A stretch of DNA of 53,340 nt from positions 8,404 to 61,743 of the forward strand of contig BLSG01000348.1 of the NCBI GenBank assembly GCA_012862495.1, in the 5' to 3' direction. The number at the start of each line of letters is the position of its first letter. Within the stretch, counting starts at the first letter, position 1. Below, piece after piece: positions 24,548 through 38,177 of this stretch. The DNA is from Thraustochytrium aureum. Lineage: Eukaryota. The notes beneath the pieces were generated by a model that was not told the DNA's origin, made no database searches, and was given only the letters and a program-made list of their open reading frames with translations. A program made the translations under genes and the position numbers.

Positions 24548-25664
24548 CTCTGAGGTGCGGTTGGCGGATGGCCGTCATTGGATCGTGCGCCAAACGCGTT
24601 CTGAGCTCTGCTTATCTGCAGCGCTGCGGCGACAAAACCCGAGCTCGGCCGAACCAAGCGATACATGTGATCATTCGACCCTCAACACAAAACATAGTTC
24701 TTTCATCTCCGTCTCCGCCCATTGCACTTTGTTGGCTTGCTCAGCGCGCTGCACTCTCTGGACAAGCTCTTGCTACTTTGGTACCACTTGGGATCGCGTT
24801 GTTGCTTCGCTTCATGGAGGGCTTGACGGGGGGAATTACCTCTGCTACAGATCCGAGCCGCCGCAGAGCTCCCAACTGCTACACCAGGGGCTCCGCTTTG
24901 ACCGAGGACCAAGCTCGCAGAGTACCGCGGGGAGAAAGACGCAGGAGCCGCTTTGTTCTCGAAACCACACGCCGCGAGGAACGGGCGCGCGCCCGGCACA
25001 CGCTCTAGGTCGGCAACCAAAGCCTTCAGCACAAGCAGCCACCGAGGCGTCAGCCAGACCTGCCAAGCCAAAAGCCAACCGCAAAACACGCAGCTAAGCG
25101 ACCATAGTGTTTGAGACGACAGGTGGACAGGCACTGGGAAGTAAGACCCGTACGGCCTGCCCGTTTATTGCCTCTATCTGCTCTTCGCCGCCAGTGCAGG
25201 CTTGCCCAAGCGTGAAAGCCAGCCCATGGTTAAGAAAAAGGGCCGGCGCGCCTGGACTGCCAAAGGCACACGCGGCGAACCCCGTCGCTATCCGCCCCGC
25301 CTGGCAAGCAAATGCATCACCTACCATTTCATGGCGGAATCCTGGGCGGGAGAGCAGGTCCAAGTCCACCGCCCGCCGCCACGCGTCGGCGGCTCATGCC
25401 CGCGCCATCCGCAGCTGTCCGCGCATGCAACGATGCGGCACTGCCGTGTTGGAGGTTTCGGGCTCGCGAGAGCCACACAAAAAACCTCGTGGACTCGAAC
25501 AGCGCGAGCTTCGTTAGCGCACGTTTTTCTTCCCCATCAGCTGCCGGAGCAGCCGCAGACCCAGCCAGACAGACCGCGTGCTGGCGAACGGCGGCCCGCC
25601 GGGGCAAACCTCGCGCGACCGTCTGCAGGCGGGCCCGGAGGGCGCGCGGCGCGCTTCGAGCGGG

Positions 25665-28600
25665 TCAGGCCGAGGCCGCTTCGACGATGGCAAGCACGTC
25701 CGCCACGAACTCGAGCAAGTTGAATTGATTCTCCAACAGGACGCCCGGGCGCGCCGCCTGCGAGCCTTGGGCCCCGGCCCTGCTCGTTCGACGCTTGGGC
25801 GTCTCCACAATCCCGCACACGAGTTGGCTGTCGCGCAGGCCACCGGTCACCTTGAGCGCGAATGAAAACTCCGTCTCGGGCCGGTCGATGTACTTGGAAA
25901 GCAGCGCGGTGATTCCGCGCAGGAGGCGGTGGCCGCCGCCCGTCTGCGTGTCCTCGTCCTCGTCCCTCGCGGCGGGCGCAGACTCCTGCATTGGGTGGCG
26001 GCGCCGAGCCTGCTCGGCCGTGTACTCGGCCCAGCCGTGCACGTAGTGATAGATGTTTCGCATGCTCCCCGACACCTCGAAGCGCTGGGCAGCTGCCCGC
26101 ATGGTGGTCAACTTGTCCGTTTCGACGCGAAATAAATACTTGTTCTCGCTCTCGTCGTGCGCGTCGAACCGAGCGCTCAAGACAGCATGGCCCGGCTCGT
26201 TCTGCTCGTCGCCCATCTCCTCGAAGAGGTGCCGCATGAAACGATCGAGCGCGTCGCTGCCCTCCATACCCGCGCCACCTCCGGGCTCGCCCGTCGAGAA
26301 CTGGTCCTCGGAAAGCGGATCAGCAGCCCCCAGCAGCTGGTCGGCATTGCGTCCGAGTCAAACCCATCTTCGGACAAGAACGCCCGCGCATCGAGCTCCT
26401 CTTCTGCGGCTTGCGCACTCGACGTGTGCGAAGAGGAGGGGCCAAGGCCAACTTGAAGGGCTGTCGCTCCCTCGCAGGCGTCCTCGCCGCCGTCCAGTTC
26501 GGACTCTGAGCAGAGCGTCGAGGTGGCCGTGTTGGTGGAGGACTGCCTCNNNNNNNNNNNNNNNNNNNNNNNNNNNNNNNNNNNNNNNNNNNNNNNNNNN
26601 NNNNNNNNNNNNNNNNNNNNNNNNNNNNNNNNNNNNNNNNNNNNNNNNNCCTCTGCGGAGTGCTCGGTGCCTGTGGCGCCGGGTCGCCGTCCGCGTCTTG
26701 GCGGCGGCGGTCTTCTGCGTGCGCTCCGCTTTGCGCGCTAAATGCCCCAGCCGGCGCCGCCTCCCCCTCGCTGCCGCGCGTCGGCCAGGAGCGCGAGCGG
26801 GTCCTAGCGAGGGCGCGCCTCGGCAACCCCAGCAGCGATTTCTTCATGTGCAGCCGAGCGCGGGCTTGCTGCGCTTTGCGCGATGCAAACTCTGCGCTTT
26901 TGAATTCGAGCATTCGGCTGCACAGGAAGGTCTTGGCGTCAAAGTAGATCCCTGTCGTGACTTGCCGCAGAGACAGGCGCAACATTGGGCCATCCATCTT
27001 GCCCTTGGGGTCCAAGTGAGGAGCAAGGAGCAGGGAAATATCGAACGCGCCCTCCTCCTGGCTCACGCACGTGCTGATAGCAAAGTGCTCGGGGGGTACA
27101 AGCTCTCCTCGAAGGGGAGCGAGAGCGACACGGGGCCAGCGAACTTGACGTCGTGGCCGCTAAACATAAAGTCCCCAGCCGTGCCGTGGCCTTGGACCAC
27201 CGCGGACACGTCCTGCACCGTCTGCTTGATGTACTCCACCGGCTCGCGGGCCTGCGCATGCCAGGCAAGGATGTCGGCCTCCTCCTTCGGGAGCGACTTG
27301 GTCAACCGAACGCGCCGCTTCGTGCGGTCACTGTGCCGCTCCTTGGCCGACCGGAGAAGGAAGTCGCGCGCCATATCCAGCGCCGCGTCCACAGACCCGC
27401 GCAGCCGCACGTTGCGGATCTCAGTGTGCTGCTTCATCGGCTTTTGCGTGAGGTTGCGAACGCGCTCGAACAGCGCTGCAACGCACACACCGGCGCCCCC
27501 CGAGGCGCGGGCAAACTTGTCGACGAGTTGCTGGAATGACCCCACCAAAGCCTCCCACGTCTCCCGGCCTGGATCTGTTGTCGCGGCCGTTGGCGCGCCC
27601 GGCGCGATACCCTGCGCGCGCATTCGCTGGGCGGCCTGGCGCGCCATCTCCGCCGAATGGCTCGCGTCGCTGAACCTGTTGAAGAATGCCACCAGGTCGG
27701 ATGCAGTGTGCAAGGGGCCAGCCCATGCTGGCTTGCCCGAGCGCGACGCGGCGCATGTTGCAGAGATCTGCGCAGCGACTGCGTCGGAGGCCGCCACAAA
27801 CGTGCGAGACTGCTCGCGACTGAGGTGGAGGAAAGCGCGCATTGCAACAGCAGCGGCGTCCGCGTCTGGCGCTGTCAAGGCTGCCTCGAACGCGTCGAGG
27901 TTGCCCGGAATCCCTGCAACGCCAATGTCTATGTCTATGTGCATCGCTCTTGTTTGGCCGTCCTGCGCCCCTGGCTCCGGGGAGGTGTACGGGCGCGACA
28001 GATACCGTCCCAGCTCGGGTGGGATCGCCTTGAGCACTGCGCTCTTCACGACGCTCGGCAGCACGCGGTTGAGCACCATGCGCAGCAGGCTTCGCGGGAT
28101 GGCCAAGGTGCCTTTGAACTGGCGCTCAATTCGCACAATCCGCAGCTGAAACCCCTTGGAGGCGCTCCAGGCATTCTTCACGCGGCTGAACTCTACCGGC
28201 ATCGTCACGCTCAGCTCGACGAGCAGCTTGAGCTGCTTGGGCCGAAGCGTTGGCACCTTGGTGCCCTTTTCGCCTGTGAGACCACAGTCCTGCAGCATGA
28301 ACGAGACCACGGCCCCGCGGCCGCTGCCGGCCCCGCCTCCTGGCGAGTTTGTCGCCCCGCTTGGGCCGTGGTGAGAGGGCGACCCCGGTGGCGTGCTTGG
28401 GGACTGGTCGAAGCTGAGCTTGGAGGTCCACTTTTCCACCGCCGAGCCACCTAGCGTGACTAGTACGCGGGGCTCTGGCACGCGGTCTAGAATGCTCAGA
28501 GACAGTGTGCTCGACAAGCTCTCCATCCAAAAGTCCTTCATGCCAAAATAGACGCCTTCTGCGCCGTGCTTGAACCGCCAGCCCTCCGCCAGTGGGAAGA

Positions 28601-29137
28601 AAAGCTCTCGCTTGACACGCTCAAGCTCTTCGTTTGATCGCTGAACGAGCTCTTCGACGCGCGCGACTTGCTCCCAGAGGTCGTCCTTCTTGCGCGCCAA
28701 CTCGACGAGAAGGAGATCACGCCCGTTCTCGATACCGGCTGCCTCCAAGGCGCCCGGGTCGACGCTAACGCCGTATCTTTCCTGGAGCTTGTCCAGAATC
28801 TCGTGCTCGCGGCCCGTAAAGTGCCGAAGCAGCTGGTCCACGTCGCGCAGCTTGGCCGGGTTGTGCTGCACGTAAAACTCGGCCAAGGCGCCNNNNNNNN
28901 NNNNNNNNNNNNNNNNNNNNNNNNNNNNNNNNNNNNNNNNNNNNNNNNNNNNNNNNNNNNNNNNNNNNNNNNNNNNNNNNNNNNNNNNNNNNNGCTTCTC
29001 GTCGCCCACTCTCGCCGCACGCCATCCTCGCGCTCGGCAGTCTCTCTCACCAAGGCCGTCCACGACCTGCGTCGATCACGAGGNGCTCAGAGCGAGCGTC
29101 TCGCGCGATGGCGCGGTACGTCGGCCGCGTCCGCCAT
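25665..29137 (-). CDS. Large uncharacterised protein: FY..HNP.K helical module, coiled coil and possible TULIP (BPI/SMP-like) domain(s); frameshifts and gaps
   Basis: Successive protein-like minus-strand ORFs 27063..29063, 26320..27066 and 25665..26267. Both ends are uncertain. Confidence 0.6.
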
Positions 29138-29615
29138 CGTCACGGTGCGCAAAAATCCCGAACCGCAATTTTTTCGCCAGCCGGTTTCGCCAGCCGGTTT
29201 CGCCAGCGCCGTGCACGCCGCCCGCAAGCTCCTGGGCCCTCGCGCGCACAGAGCGTGTGCCTCGTGGGCGGCGCCGGCGGCCCGCGCCTCGAGACTCGGG
29301 GACTGCCACCTGCTCGACGGCCGCAGCATCGCCATTATTCCGCGCCAATCGAGACTCTATGAACCGTCTCCACCTACGCGCCGCTATACTAATACCGCGA
29401 TCAAGCAGGGCATTTTTTCCCGCTCGCTCATAGAGGTCAGAGTATTGGCCCGACGAGCAGCGCTGTGCGGAATCCATCCAGACGCGCAACGGCCCTCGCT
29501 GCCGCGGAGGAGAAAGCAGACGGGCGGAAGCGCGCGGGGAGCGGGGGGAGCCGAGCTGCCGCGCGGCGCTGCTGCGGCAAACCGCGAGCGGGCGCGAGGA
29601 ACGGCCTCGGCAGGG

Positions 29616-32600
29616 ATGGCGGCGCGGCGCGAGGTGTTCGTGCGCGTGTTTCGCGTCGACGGCCTCGACGGCCTCGACGGCCGCGCGGCGCAGGATGGGG
29701 CGTGGTTCGTGGAGGCTGCGCTGGACGGCGAGCTGAGACGCTCGAGCGCTGCCGCGGAACAGGGCGGAGCGCTCGTGTGGAACGCGGAGGAGGCAGGGAC
29801 GGTGGCGTGGGCCGTGGACGCCGAGGCGCTTGCGAGGCTCCAGGCGCACGAGCCGAGGCTGCGCGTTGACCTGGTCGGGCCCGAGGGGCGGGGCGGGTTT
29901 TGGTCGTTCGACTTGCGAGACGTGGCGTTTTCTGAGGGGTCGACGGCGACCTTGCGGAAGCGCTTGCAAGCGAGTCCGTGGCCGGCCGCCGAGATGGAAG
30001 TGCAAGTCGCCACGCGAGCCGTGGCGAAGGCAAGGCGCGCAGGTGCGGCAATAGGGGGCGACGAAGCCGTCGCGGCTGCCCCCTCGGCGAGCGGGCCGCT
30101 CGGCGTCGCCATCGGCGAAGATCACGTGCTCATCGGATCCAGCGGGGACTTTGACATGACCTTGTACATAACAATGCAGAGCGCCGGCGGGCTCCGCGCT
30201 TTTGAAAGCGCAGATGCGCCGCTGGCGCCCCCTCCAAGCGACGCCTCCGCCGCAAAGCGGTTCTGGCTCAAATACACGATCTTCGGTGTTGAGGTGGAGA
30301 CGGACGCGTTCGCGTCTCTCAAGCACCCGCGTTTCTCGCCTATCCGAGATTCGTTCAAGCTCCGGACGACTCGATCCGACGTCCGAGCCTTCTTGGAGAG
30401 CTCGCCCGTGAGGGTCTACCTTTGCCAGTCTCCCATGGGTGAAGCGAGGGGCGGGGCGGCTCGCCAGCGGCACCAGGTCGTGGCCTCCGCACTGGTTCGC
30501 TTCGATGCGCTTTTCTCCGGCGCAAGCAATTTTGTTCAGGCGACGAGCTCGTGCGCGTTCGCGCTGGAGCCGCACGCTCCGTGGTCTGTAAGCGAAAGCG
30601 AGGTCCGGGCCGCAGGGCTGGCGCCCGCGTCGGCGTCGGCCTCGAGCTTCACGTCGATGGCAAGGTCGACAAGGTCGTTTGCGACGAGGCCACCTCTCCG
30701 CCGCGCGCCGCGGCCGTGCAGACCGAGCCGCCGGTCTCTGTAGCAGGCGAGGGAGTTGCCGCAGCTCAACTGGCCGCGCCTAGCGCAGCGCCGCGTGTTC
30801 GCGTGCAGGCCGTGTCGTTCGACCTGGATCCAGCAGACGACGACGGCCAAGACGCAGGCATTTCGGTCGCGCTGTGCATTCTCATGCGCGACGGCGACGC
30901 GCAAGCGATGACGCCGACGTGCTTTGTGCTGGACGAGTACGGCCAGCTGGACCAGACCCAGGTCCAAGGATTGTTTTTGTCGATCGAGGGCGACGCGTTA
31001 GAGCACGCTCGCGTCGTTTGCGTTGCCGCTGGAGGCCGGGAAATCGCTTCCGCAGCTCTCGGCGCTGCGCCGCTGCTCGGCGAGGAGCGTGTGCTGGAGC
31101 TCGCAGAGCCCGACGGCGCTGTGCGCGGGAGCGTGAGGGTGTCTCTCGCCCCTGAAGCGCCGCCTTCTGCGCGGGACGTCCCAAGTCCTGCGAGAACCGC
31201 ATCGGAGGCCTCCCCGCGGCCAGCCGGCGAGGCGGCCAAGTTTCGCGTGACCATTGACCTTCGGTCGATCAAAGGCCTCGAGAACGCGCACAACGTCTAT
31301 CTGCAGTATTCCAGCCCAATCTTGGGCACCGCGCAGGTTGTGCAGACCCGGCCGCCCATCCTCATCGACCGGTTCTCAGAGCGAATCGTGCCTCACGGCC
31401 TGCGCGTGTTTCAGTTTGAAATGTCGCGCGAGGAGCTCGCTCACCGCGCGGAGGCCGAGCCGCTGGTTGTCGAGATGTGGCACAAGGACCGGTACACCTC
31501 GGACACCCGGCTCGGGTTTTGCGTCCTCCCGCTTCGCAAGCTCCTCGACGCCCGGCCGTACTTTCAGTGGGCTGGGCAGACCTTTGCGACCTTGCGCGCC
31601 GTCGAGCTGCACCGAGCGAGGGTGCTGGCGGAGCACGACGCCGGCTCGGGGCCGCCGGCGAGCGGCGGCCCGGGTCTGGCTACAGCCAAAGGAAGGCGAT
31701 GCGCTGCGACGGCAGCTCGACGTTCCCGTCGTCCAGGTGCAGGCGCTCGAGTCGGACCTCTTCGTGTGCGCGTTCGGAGGCGACGGGGCTGCCTCTGTCA
31801 AGCGGCTCGCTGTTGTGNNNNNNNNNNNNNNNNNNNNNNNNNNNNNNNNNNNNNNNNNNNNNNNNNNNNNNNNNNNNNNNNNNNNNNNNNNNNNNNNNNN
31901 NNNNNNNNNNNNNNNNNNNNNNNNNNNNNNNNNNNNNNNNNNNNNNNNNNNNNNNNNNNNNNNNNNNNNNNNNNNNNNNNNNNNNNNNNNNNNNNNNNNN
32001 NNNNNNNNNNNNNNNNNNNNNNNNNNNNNNNNNNNNNNNNNNNNNNNNNNNNNNNNNNNNNNNNNNNNNNNNNNNNNNNNNNNNNNNNNNNNNNNNNNNN
32101 NNNNNNNNNNNNNNNNNNNNNNNNNNNNNNNNNNNNNNNNNNNNNNNNNNNNNNNNNNNNNNNNNNNNNNNNNNNNNNNNNNNNNNNNNNNNNNNNNNNN
32201 NNNNNNNNNNNNNNNNNNNNNNNNNNNNNNNNNNNNNNNNNNNNNNNNNNNNNNNNNNNNNNNNNNNNNNNNNNNNNNNNNNNNNNNNNNNNNNNNNNNN
32301 NNGATAGCTCAGCTGCACGACCAGCTTGAGCAGGAGAAGGAGCGCACTGCTGGCGAGGTGCTGGCCAAGGAGGCCGTGAAGGCTCGGATGGTGGAGCTGG
32401 CGCGCGAGCTGGAGCGCGTGCGTCGCGTGGAGGATGGGCGCGCCGGGCGGCAGCTGGACAATCTTCGCCTCGAGTACCTGGCTCGGGAGGAGCGCTACGT
32501 GCTCGACGGCGACAGGCAGCGGCTGCAGGACTTGCGTTTGGAGCTGAACGACCTCCGCGCCGCGACGCTGCGTGGGCCAGCAGCGGCAGGGGCGCGAGAC

Positions 32601-32849
32601 CGGCCAATGCAGGTCGCCTTGTTTGACGAGCTCCCTGGCGATCACGGCGTTGGCGAATCCCGACCTGAAGAGGAGGAGCCCGCCGGCGGCTCCGGCGTCG
32701 CGCCTGATGCAGCCAGGCGCGCGGCGGAGCTGGCCCGTTTGGCGCGCGAGAAGGAGGACCTCTTGCGAACGGGTTTGTACGAGGACGGCCACCCTCTACT
32801 CGAACAGCTGGATCGTCACATGCGACTCTTGCGCGAGCGCGCTTTCTAA
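29616..32849 (+). CDS. CEP120: Centrosomal protein CEP120-like (multiple C2 domains plus coiled coil); frameshifts ~30630 and ~31680, gap
   Basis: N-terminal C2 ending in FDLRD, FWLKYTIFGVEVETDAF, C2 with VTIDLRSI...PLVVEMWHKD, coiled coil, C-terminal EKEDLLRTGLYEDGHPLLEQLD. Confidence 0.85.
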
Positions 32850-33366
32850 TCGGCTGAGGGCCGCGCATCGGTCGGGTCGGTTTGTTGTCAGGGAGTAAGT
32901 AACATGTATGTCAACATTGTGCATTCGTTTTCAGCCTACGGCAAAAACCTCCCGAGCCCTCTTTTGATCTTGATCTTGTCACATGTGTCACGAAAGCGTA
33001 CCTTAAGTGCGTGAGTGTACAGGTTCCGTCTTCGTAGTGCGCCAGTGCTTGAGGAGCGCTTCTGCCCTCGCACCCGAAACTGCTGCCGTGCGCGCGCGCA
33101 CCGTCCATTCCAGGTTGCGAGGCCTTGCGGTCCACCTGGGAGCCCTAATGCATCCCAGCGCAAGAGCGCACCCAGACCGCCACCAGGCCGCCACCAGACG
33201 TTTGCCGCACGCGAGCCTCGGCAGAGCATGCTGTAAAGGAAAGAAAAACGCCAGAAAGCACCAGGGTAGCGCGAGGGAGGCGACCCCCAGGCTGGGCCCC
33301 CAGCACTTGCCTCGGCACTCTGCCAGCTGCTTCGGTCGCTCTTTGCTGCGGCAGGCGCTCGCGATT

Positions 33367-33758
33367 CTAGTTGCTCGAATTCTTGTTGACAGCGAGAAAG
33401 ATGATGAGGCCGAGAATGCCGAGCAAAATCAGCAACGCGAAAACCATGAGAAGCTTGTCGGTTTTGACGCGCTTGATGAATGAGGTCATGATCTCCTTCG
33501 CCTTGTCGAGCTCGCTCTGAATGTTTGTCAAATCTTCGTCGATTTTCTTCAGCGTCTCAGTCTGCTCCGCCATGCTCTGCAGAATCGCATCCCCCGTATC
33601 GTTGGCCTCCTGTATGCTCTTGAGCGTTCGGCCCAGACTGGCCTCCGTCTTGTCCTGAATTTTGTCGGTGGCGTCGAGGATGTCGACGCGAGTGACCTCG
33701 GCCTGCGCCGGCGCGGCAGCCCCGGCCTGGCCGCCCCTGTCGCCGAAGAGCGCCGCGC
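33367..33758 (-). CDS. Q-SNARE (NPSN-like), 3' part; 5' part in gap
   Basis: Heptad SNARE motif with central Q (MAEQTETL), then KTDKLLMVFALLILLGILGLIIF as C-terminal transmembrane anchor. Confidence 0.85.
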
Positions 33759-35275
33759 NNNNNNNNNNNNNNNNNNNNNNNNNNNNNNNNNNNNNNNNNN
33801 NNNNNNNNNNNNNNNNNNNNNNNNNNNNNNNNNNNNNNNNNNNNNNNNNNNNNNNNNNNNNNNNNNNNNNNNNNNNNNNNNNNNNNNNNNNNNNNNNNNN
33901 NNNNNNNNNNNNNNNNNNNNNNNNNNNNNNNNNNNNNNNNNNNNNNNNNNNNNNNNNNNNNNNNNNNNNNNNNNNNNNNNNNNNNNNNNNNNNNNNNNNN
34001 NNNNNNNNNNNNNNNNNNNNNNNNNNNNNNNNNNNNNNNNNNNNNNNNNNNNNNNNNNNNNNNNNNNNNNNNNNNNNNNNNNNNNNNNNNNNNNNNNNNN
34101 NNNNNNNNNNNNNNNNNNNNNNNNNNNNNNNNNNNNNNNNNNNNNNNNNNNNNNNNNNNNNNNNNNNNNNNNNNNNNNNNNNNNNNNNNNNNNNNNNNNN
34201 NNNNNNNNNNNNNNNNNNNNNNNNNNNNNNNNNNNNNNNNNNNNNNNNNNNNNNNNNNNNNNNNNNNNNNNNNNNNNNNNNNNNNNNNNNNNNNNNNNNN
34301 NNNNNNNNNNNNNNNNNNNNNNNNNNNNNNNNNNNNNNNNNNNNNNNNNNNNNNNNNNNNNNNNNNNNNNNNNNNNNNNNNNNNNNNNNNNNNNNNNNNN
34401 NNNNNNNNNNNNNNNNNNNNNNNNNNNNNNNNNNNNNNNCAGCAGCAAGGCCAGCAGAACGGCCAGCAAGAGCCACGAATGCGCGCCGCGCAGTGCCGCA
34501 ACGCCCAAGAGCCACGACCAACGCGGCTCTGCTCGGCTGCAAACGGCGCTCCCGCAGTGCCTCCCAGAGCGTTATTCGACTGCAAGCCCCCTCTGTCGTC
34601 GCGCTCCCCGCGTCATTTTTCCCTCTCCGCCTCGTCACAGGGGACTCTACTGTCACGCGCTCGCTTGACTGCGCTTCCACGCTGCAGAGCGTCTTACGAG
34701 GGCGATTGTGCAAGGAACAAGGAACGAGGCGGCAGCGAGGAAGTCGCTCGTTGTTCGTTGGAAGAGGGCTCGCGTCACGGGGGGGGCGATGTGCGTCACT
34801 AGAGCGGGTTGGACGGTGTCTGGGGGGGCGGTGCACACTGCCACTGTGGCGGGGCAGGCTGCGATTGTCCGCCGCGCGCCGTGCTGCAGAGTGCCCGTTT
34901 GGCGCAGGGAACGCAGCGCCTGCGAGGCCGACATTGCGCGCAGAGGTCTGCGGCACTCCTGCCGCGTTTTGGGACGGCGCGCTAGGTGTGCTCCATCACG
35001 GCCCAGGAGCCTGAACAGGCACATCCAGCAGTCAGTCGAAGGCGGTACGTACGTTGTGCGGGTCGGGCGGAGCTGCAGACCAGTGTCGAACTGTGGCGTG
35101 CAGACCAGCGCCGAACTGCGGCTTGCAGAACAGCGCCGAGTTGCGACGGGCTGCGACGCTGGCCAAGAACCCGGCCAGGAGGTCAGACACCTGCTGCCTG
35201 GCTGCCTGGCTGCCTGGCTGCCTGGCGGGTGCGACTTGGTAGCGGCGGCGCGGCGACGCGCGGGCGGCGGCCACG

Positions 35276-38073
35276 ATGGCGGGCGGCCAGCTGTGCGATA
35301 CACTCGAGAATGGCACGGTGACGAACTGCATCGAGGTTCCCGTGCCATACATCTCAATGTACTTTCTTTTTATCGGAATGACGCTGGGAGCCCTGACACT
35401 CTGGGCACAGGTGAAGCTGGCGCCCTGGTTCCCCTACACGGCTATCATGTTCGTGGAAGGCATCGCTTTGGGCAGCGTGCACTTTGCCACCGACCAAGGC
35501 TTGGGCGACCTCAGCAAGTCGATGCAGTCCTGGATCGAGATCGACCCGTTCCTCCTGATGGCCGTCTTTCTGCCCGCGCTGATCTTTGCGGACGCCATGC
35601 GCGTCAACATCCACCAGTTTCAGACCAACGCGTTCTGGCCGTCCGCGCTGCTGGCAGGGCCCGGCGTGGTCGCGAACACGCTCATCATGAGCGCGGTTGC
35701 AAAGTACTTTTTGGGCTACGATTGGGACTGGTACGCGTGCCTAATGTTTGGCGCCGTGCTGGGCGCCACCGACCCGGTCTCGGTGGTCGCGCTGCTCGAG
35801 TCCTCGGGGGTCCCCGCGCGGCTGACGCTGCTCATGTCCTCGGAGAGCCACATGGCCGACCTGACGGTCCTCGTCCTGTTCAAGTTCTTCCTCGACCTCA
35901 TCACCGAGGGCGGCGTGCTCCTCGAGACCCCGACGACGACGGTCAAGTTTTTCGCGAGGATGCTCCTGATCGGGCCCGTCGTCGGCCTGGTCTTTGGCTA
36001 CGCGGCCTACTACCTTATCAAGCTCAGCGTCTCGCCCACGCGCAGCACGGACACCATGGTGCAAATCACGGTGACCGTCGTGTGCGCCTACCTGAGTTTC
36101 CTCGTGTCCGAGCACAACTTTCATAGCAACGGCATCCTCGCTTCTGTCGTGAGCGCCTGGATTATCGCCGCCTACGCCTGGCCAAAGTTCGCCAAGAGGG
36201 AGACCATGGAGCACGTCTGGTCAGCGATAGAGTACTTTGGCAACACCATGATCTACCTGCTTGCCGGCATCATCCTGGGGTCAAGCTTGTACTCGTCCGT
36301 GCAGTCCGAGCTGACGGCCAACGACTGGGTCAACGTCTTCATGGTTTGGGGCTTCCTCTTCGCAAGCCGCGCCGCCATCATCGGCGTCGGCTACCCGGCC
36401 CTCTGGATCGCGAGCAAGAGAAAGTTCACCCCTGGCGAGGCCGTCTCGCTCGTCTTCGGGGGCATCCGAGGCGCTGTCACAATCACGCTCGCCATCGTTG
36501 TCCTCAACACGAGCGAGAGCGGCAAGTACGATGCGGAGCTCGCGCTGCACTTTGGGCCCGAGTTCCGCTCGGCGCTCGGCAAGTTTTTCTTCCTCGTCGG
36601 CTCGGTCACGCTCCTGACGCTGCTCGTCAACTACACCTTGTTCCCCTTCCTGGCGAAGCTGCTCAAGGTCACAACCAACTCGAAGAGCAAGGAGCAGCTG
36701 CACGACCACGTGCGCAAGCGCGTTCGCCAGAACGCCGTCAAGGTCTTCCACGAGATCCGCGAGCGCGACGACGGCTACGACCACATCGACATCTCCGAGA
36801 TCCAGGAGCTCGTGTCCACGGCGCGCGCGAACCGCCGCTCCCTGACTTGCCCCTGCCGGGGCCGAGCCCGCGGACTCGACGCTGGTCGACCCGGACAAGG
36901 TCCAGCTCNNNNNNNNNNNNNNNNNNNNNNNNNNNNNNNNNNNNNNNNNNNNNNNNNNNNNNNNNNNNNNNNNNNNNNNNNNNNNNNNNNNNNNNNNNNN
37001 NNNNNNNNNNNNNNNNNNNNNNNNNNNNNNNNNNNNNNNNNNNNNNNNNNNNNNNNNNNNNNNNNNNNNNNNNNNNNNNNNNNNNNNNNNNNNNNNNNNN
37101 NNNNNNNNNNNNNNNNNNNNNNNNNNNNNNNNNNNNNNNNNNNNNNNNNNNNNNNNNNNNNNNNNNNNNNNNNNNNNNNNNNNNNNNNNNNNNNNNNNNN
37201 NNNNNNNNNNNNNNNNNNNNNNNNNNNNNNNNNNNNNNNNNNNNNNNNNNNNNNNNNNNNNNNNNNNNNNNNNNNNNNNNNNNNNNNNNNNNNNNNNNNN
37301 NNNNNNNNNNNNNNNNNNNNNNNNNNNNNNNNNNNNNNNNNNNNNNNNNNNNNNNNNNNNNCGAGGGCAAGCTGCCGCGCAAGAGCCGGGCCGCGCTGCA
37401 ACTTTTGAACTCTGTCGACATTGCCTTCGACGACGTCGCGCACAAGCTCGACGATCTGGCACCGCTGCGCCTCAACGAGATGCTAGAGTACGTCAGCTGC
37501 CCCGAGCGTGCGTTTTCGTGCGTAGACCGGGTGCTACCAGAGTGCGTCACTATCGACAACTACCTTTTTTTCCGCATCAAGAACGCGCGGCGGGAGGAGG
37601 CCGTCTACCTGGCCACTTGCTTTGTGGAGGCGCACTTGCAGGCCGAGAAGCGCATCGCAGAGTTCGTTGGCGAGGACGAGACCATCGACACGCCCGAGGA
37701 GGCGTATGTAATCAAGGAGAGCCGCGCTCTGCGGCAGGAGGTCGCCACCTTTCTCCGGCTCGCGAGCGAGGACGACGAGGAGGTCGTCAAGCAGGTCCAC
37801 GTCATCAAGATGACCAGCTCCATCATCGAGAAGCAGCGCCTCTTTATCGAGCGCCTCGCCGAGCAAGGCCTCATCGACGAAAAGTTCCTCGAGGAGCAAA
37901 TGGAGTCGGTGCGCTCCGACCAGACGCGGCTCGAGCGTCGTCGCGTCAAGCGCTTCCGCAAGCTCGCTGCAAACCGCGTCTCGACCAAGCTTCCGCGAGG
38001 ATTCGGTGCCTCGAGCAGCGCCAGGCCTGGCGAGAATGACGCCCAGGTAGCCCCCTCGGAATCGGAGCCCTGA
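35276..38073 (+). CDS. CPA1 Na+/H+ antiporter, SOS1/SLC9C-like; gap inside
   Basis: FLPALIFADA, LLAGPGV, FGAVLGATDPVSVVALL, GGIRGAVTITLA, about 12 TM helices and an SOS1-like helical cytosolic tail. No cNMP-binding domain is visible. Confidence 0.93.
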
Positions 38074-38177
38074 GGCCGCGCCGATCGAACCATTAAAGCA
38101 CCGTGTTTTCGTTGCTGGAGCACGCTCTCTCGCGTCGGGGCTCTTGTCACAGTCGTCGGGTCAGTGTCCGGCAAGAC

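Noticed and set aside
24555..25510. Short ORFs between G-beta and the TULIP-like gene
   Set aside because: No recognisable motifs or coding bias; likely UTR or intergenic sequence
26053..28149. Long antisense ORFs (e.g. 26053..28149 +, 48615..50759 -, 29076..30575 -, 43670..44851 +)
   Set aside because: Shadows of real genes on the opposite strand in GC-rich DNA, or ORFs inflated by N runs; no motifs
34440..34520. Hydrophobic stretch (SWLLLAVLLALLL) as a signal peptide on the SNARE
   Set aside because: No in-frame ATG is visible, and a ~680-nt gap breaks the frame link to the SNARE
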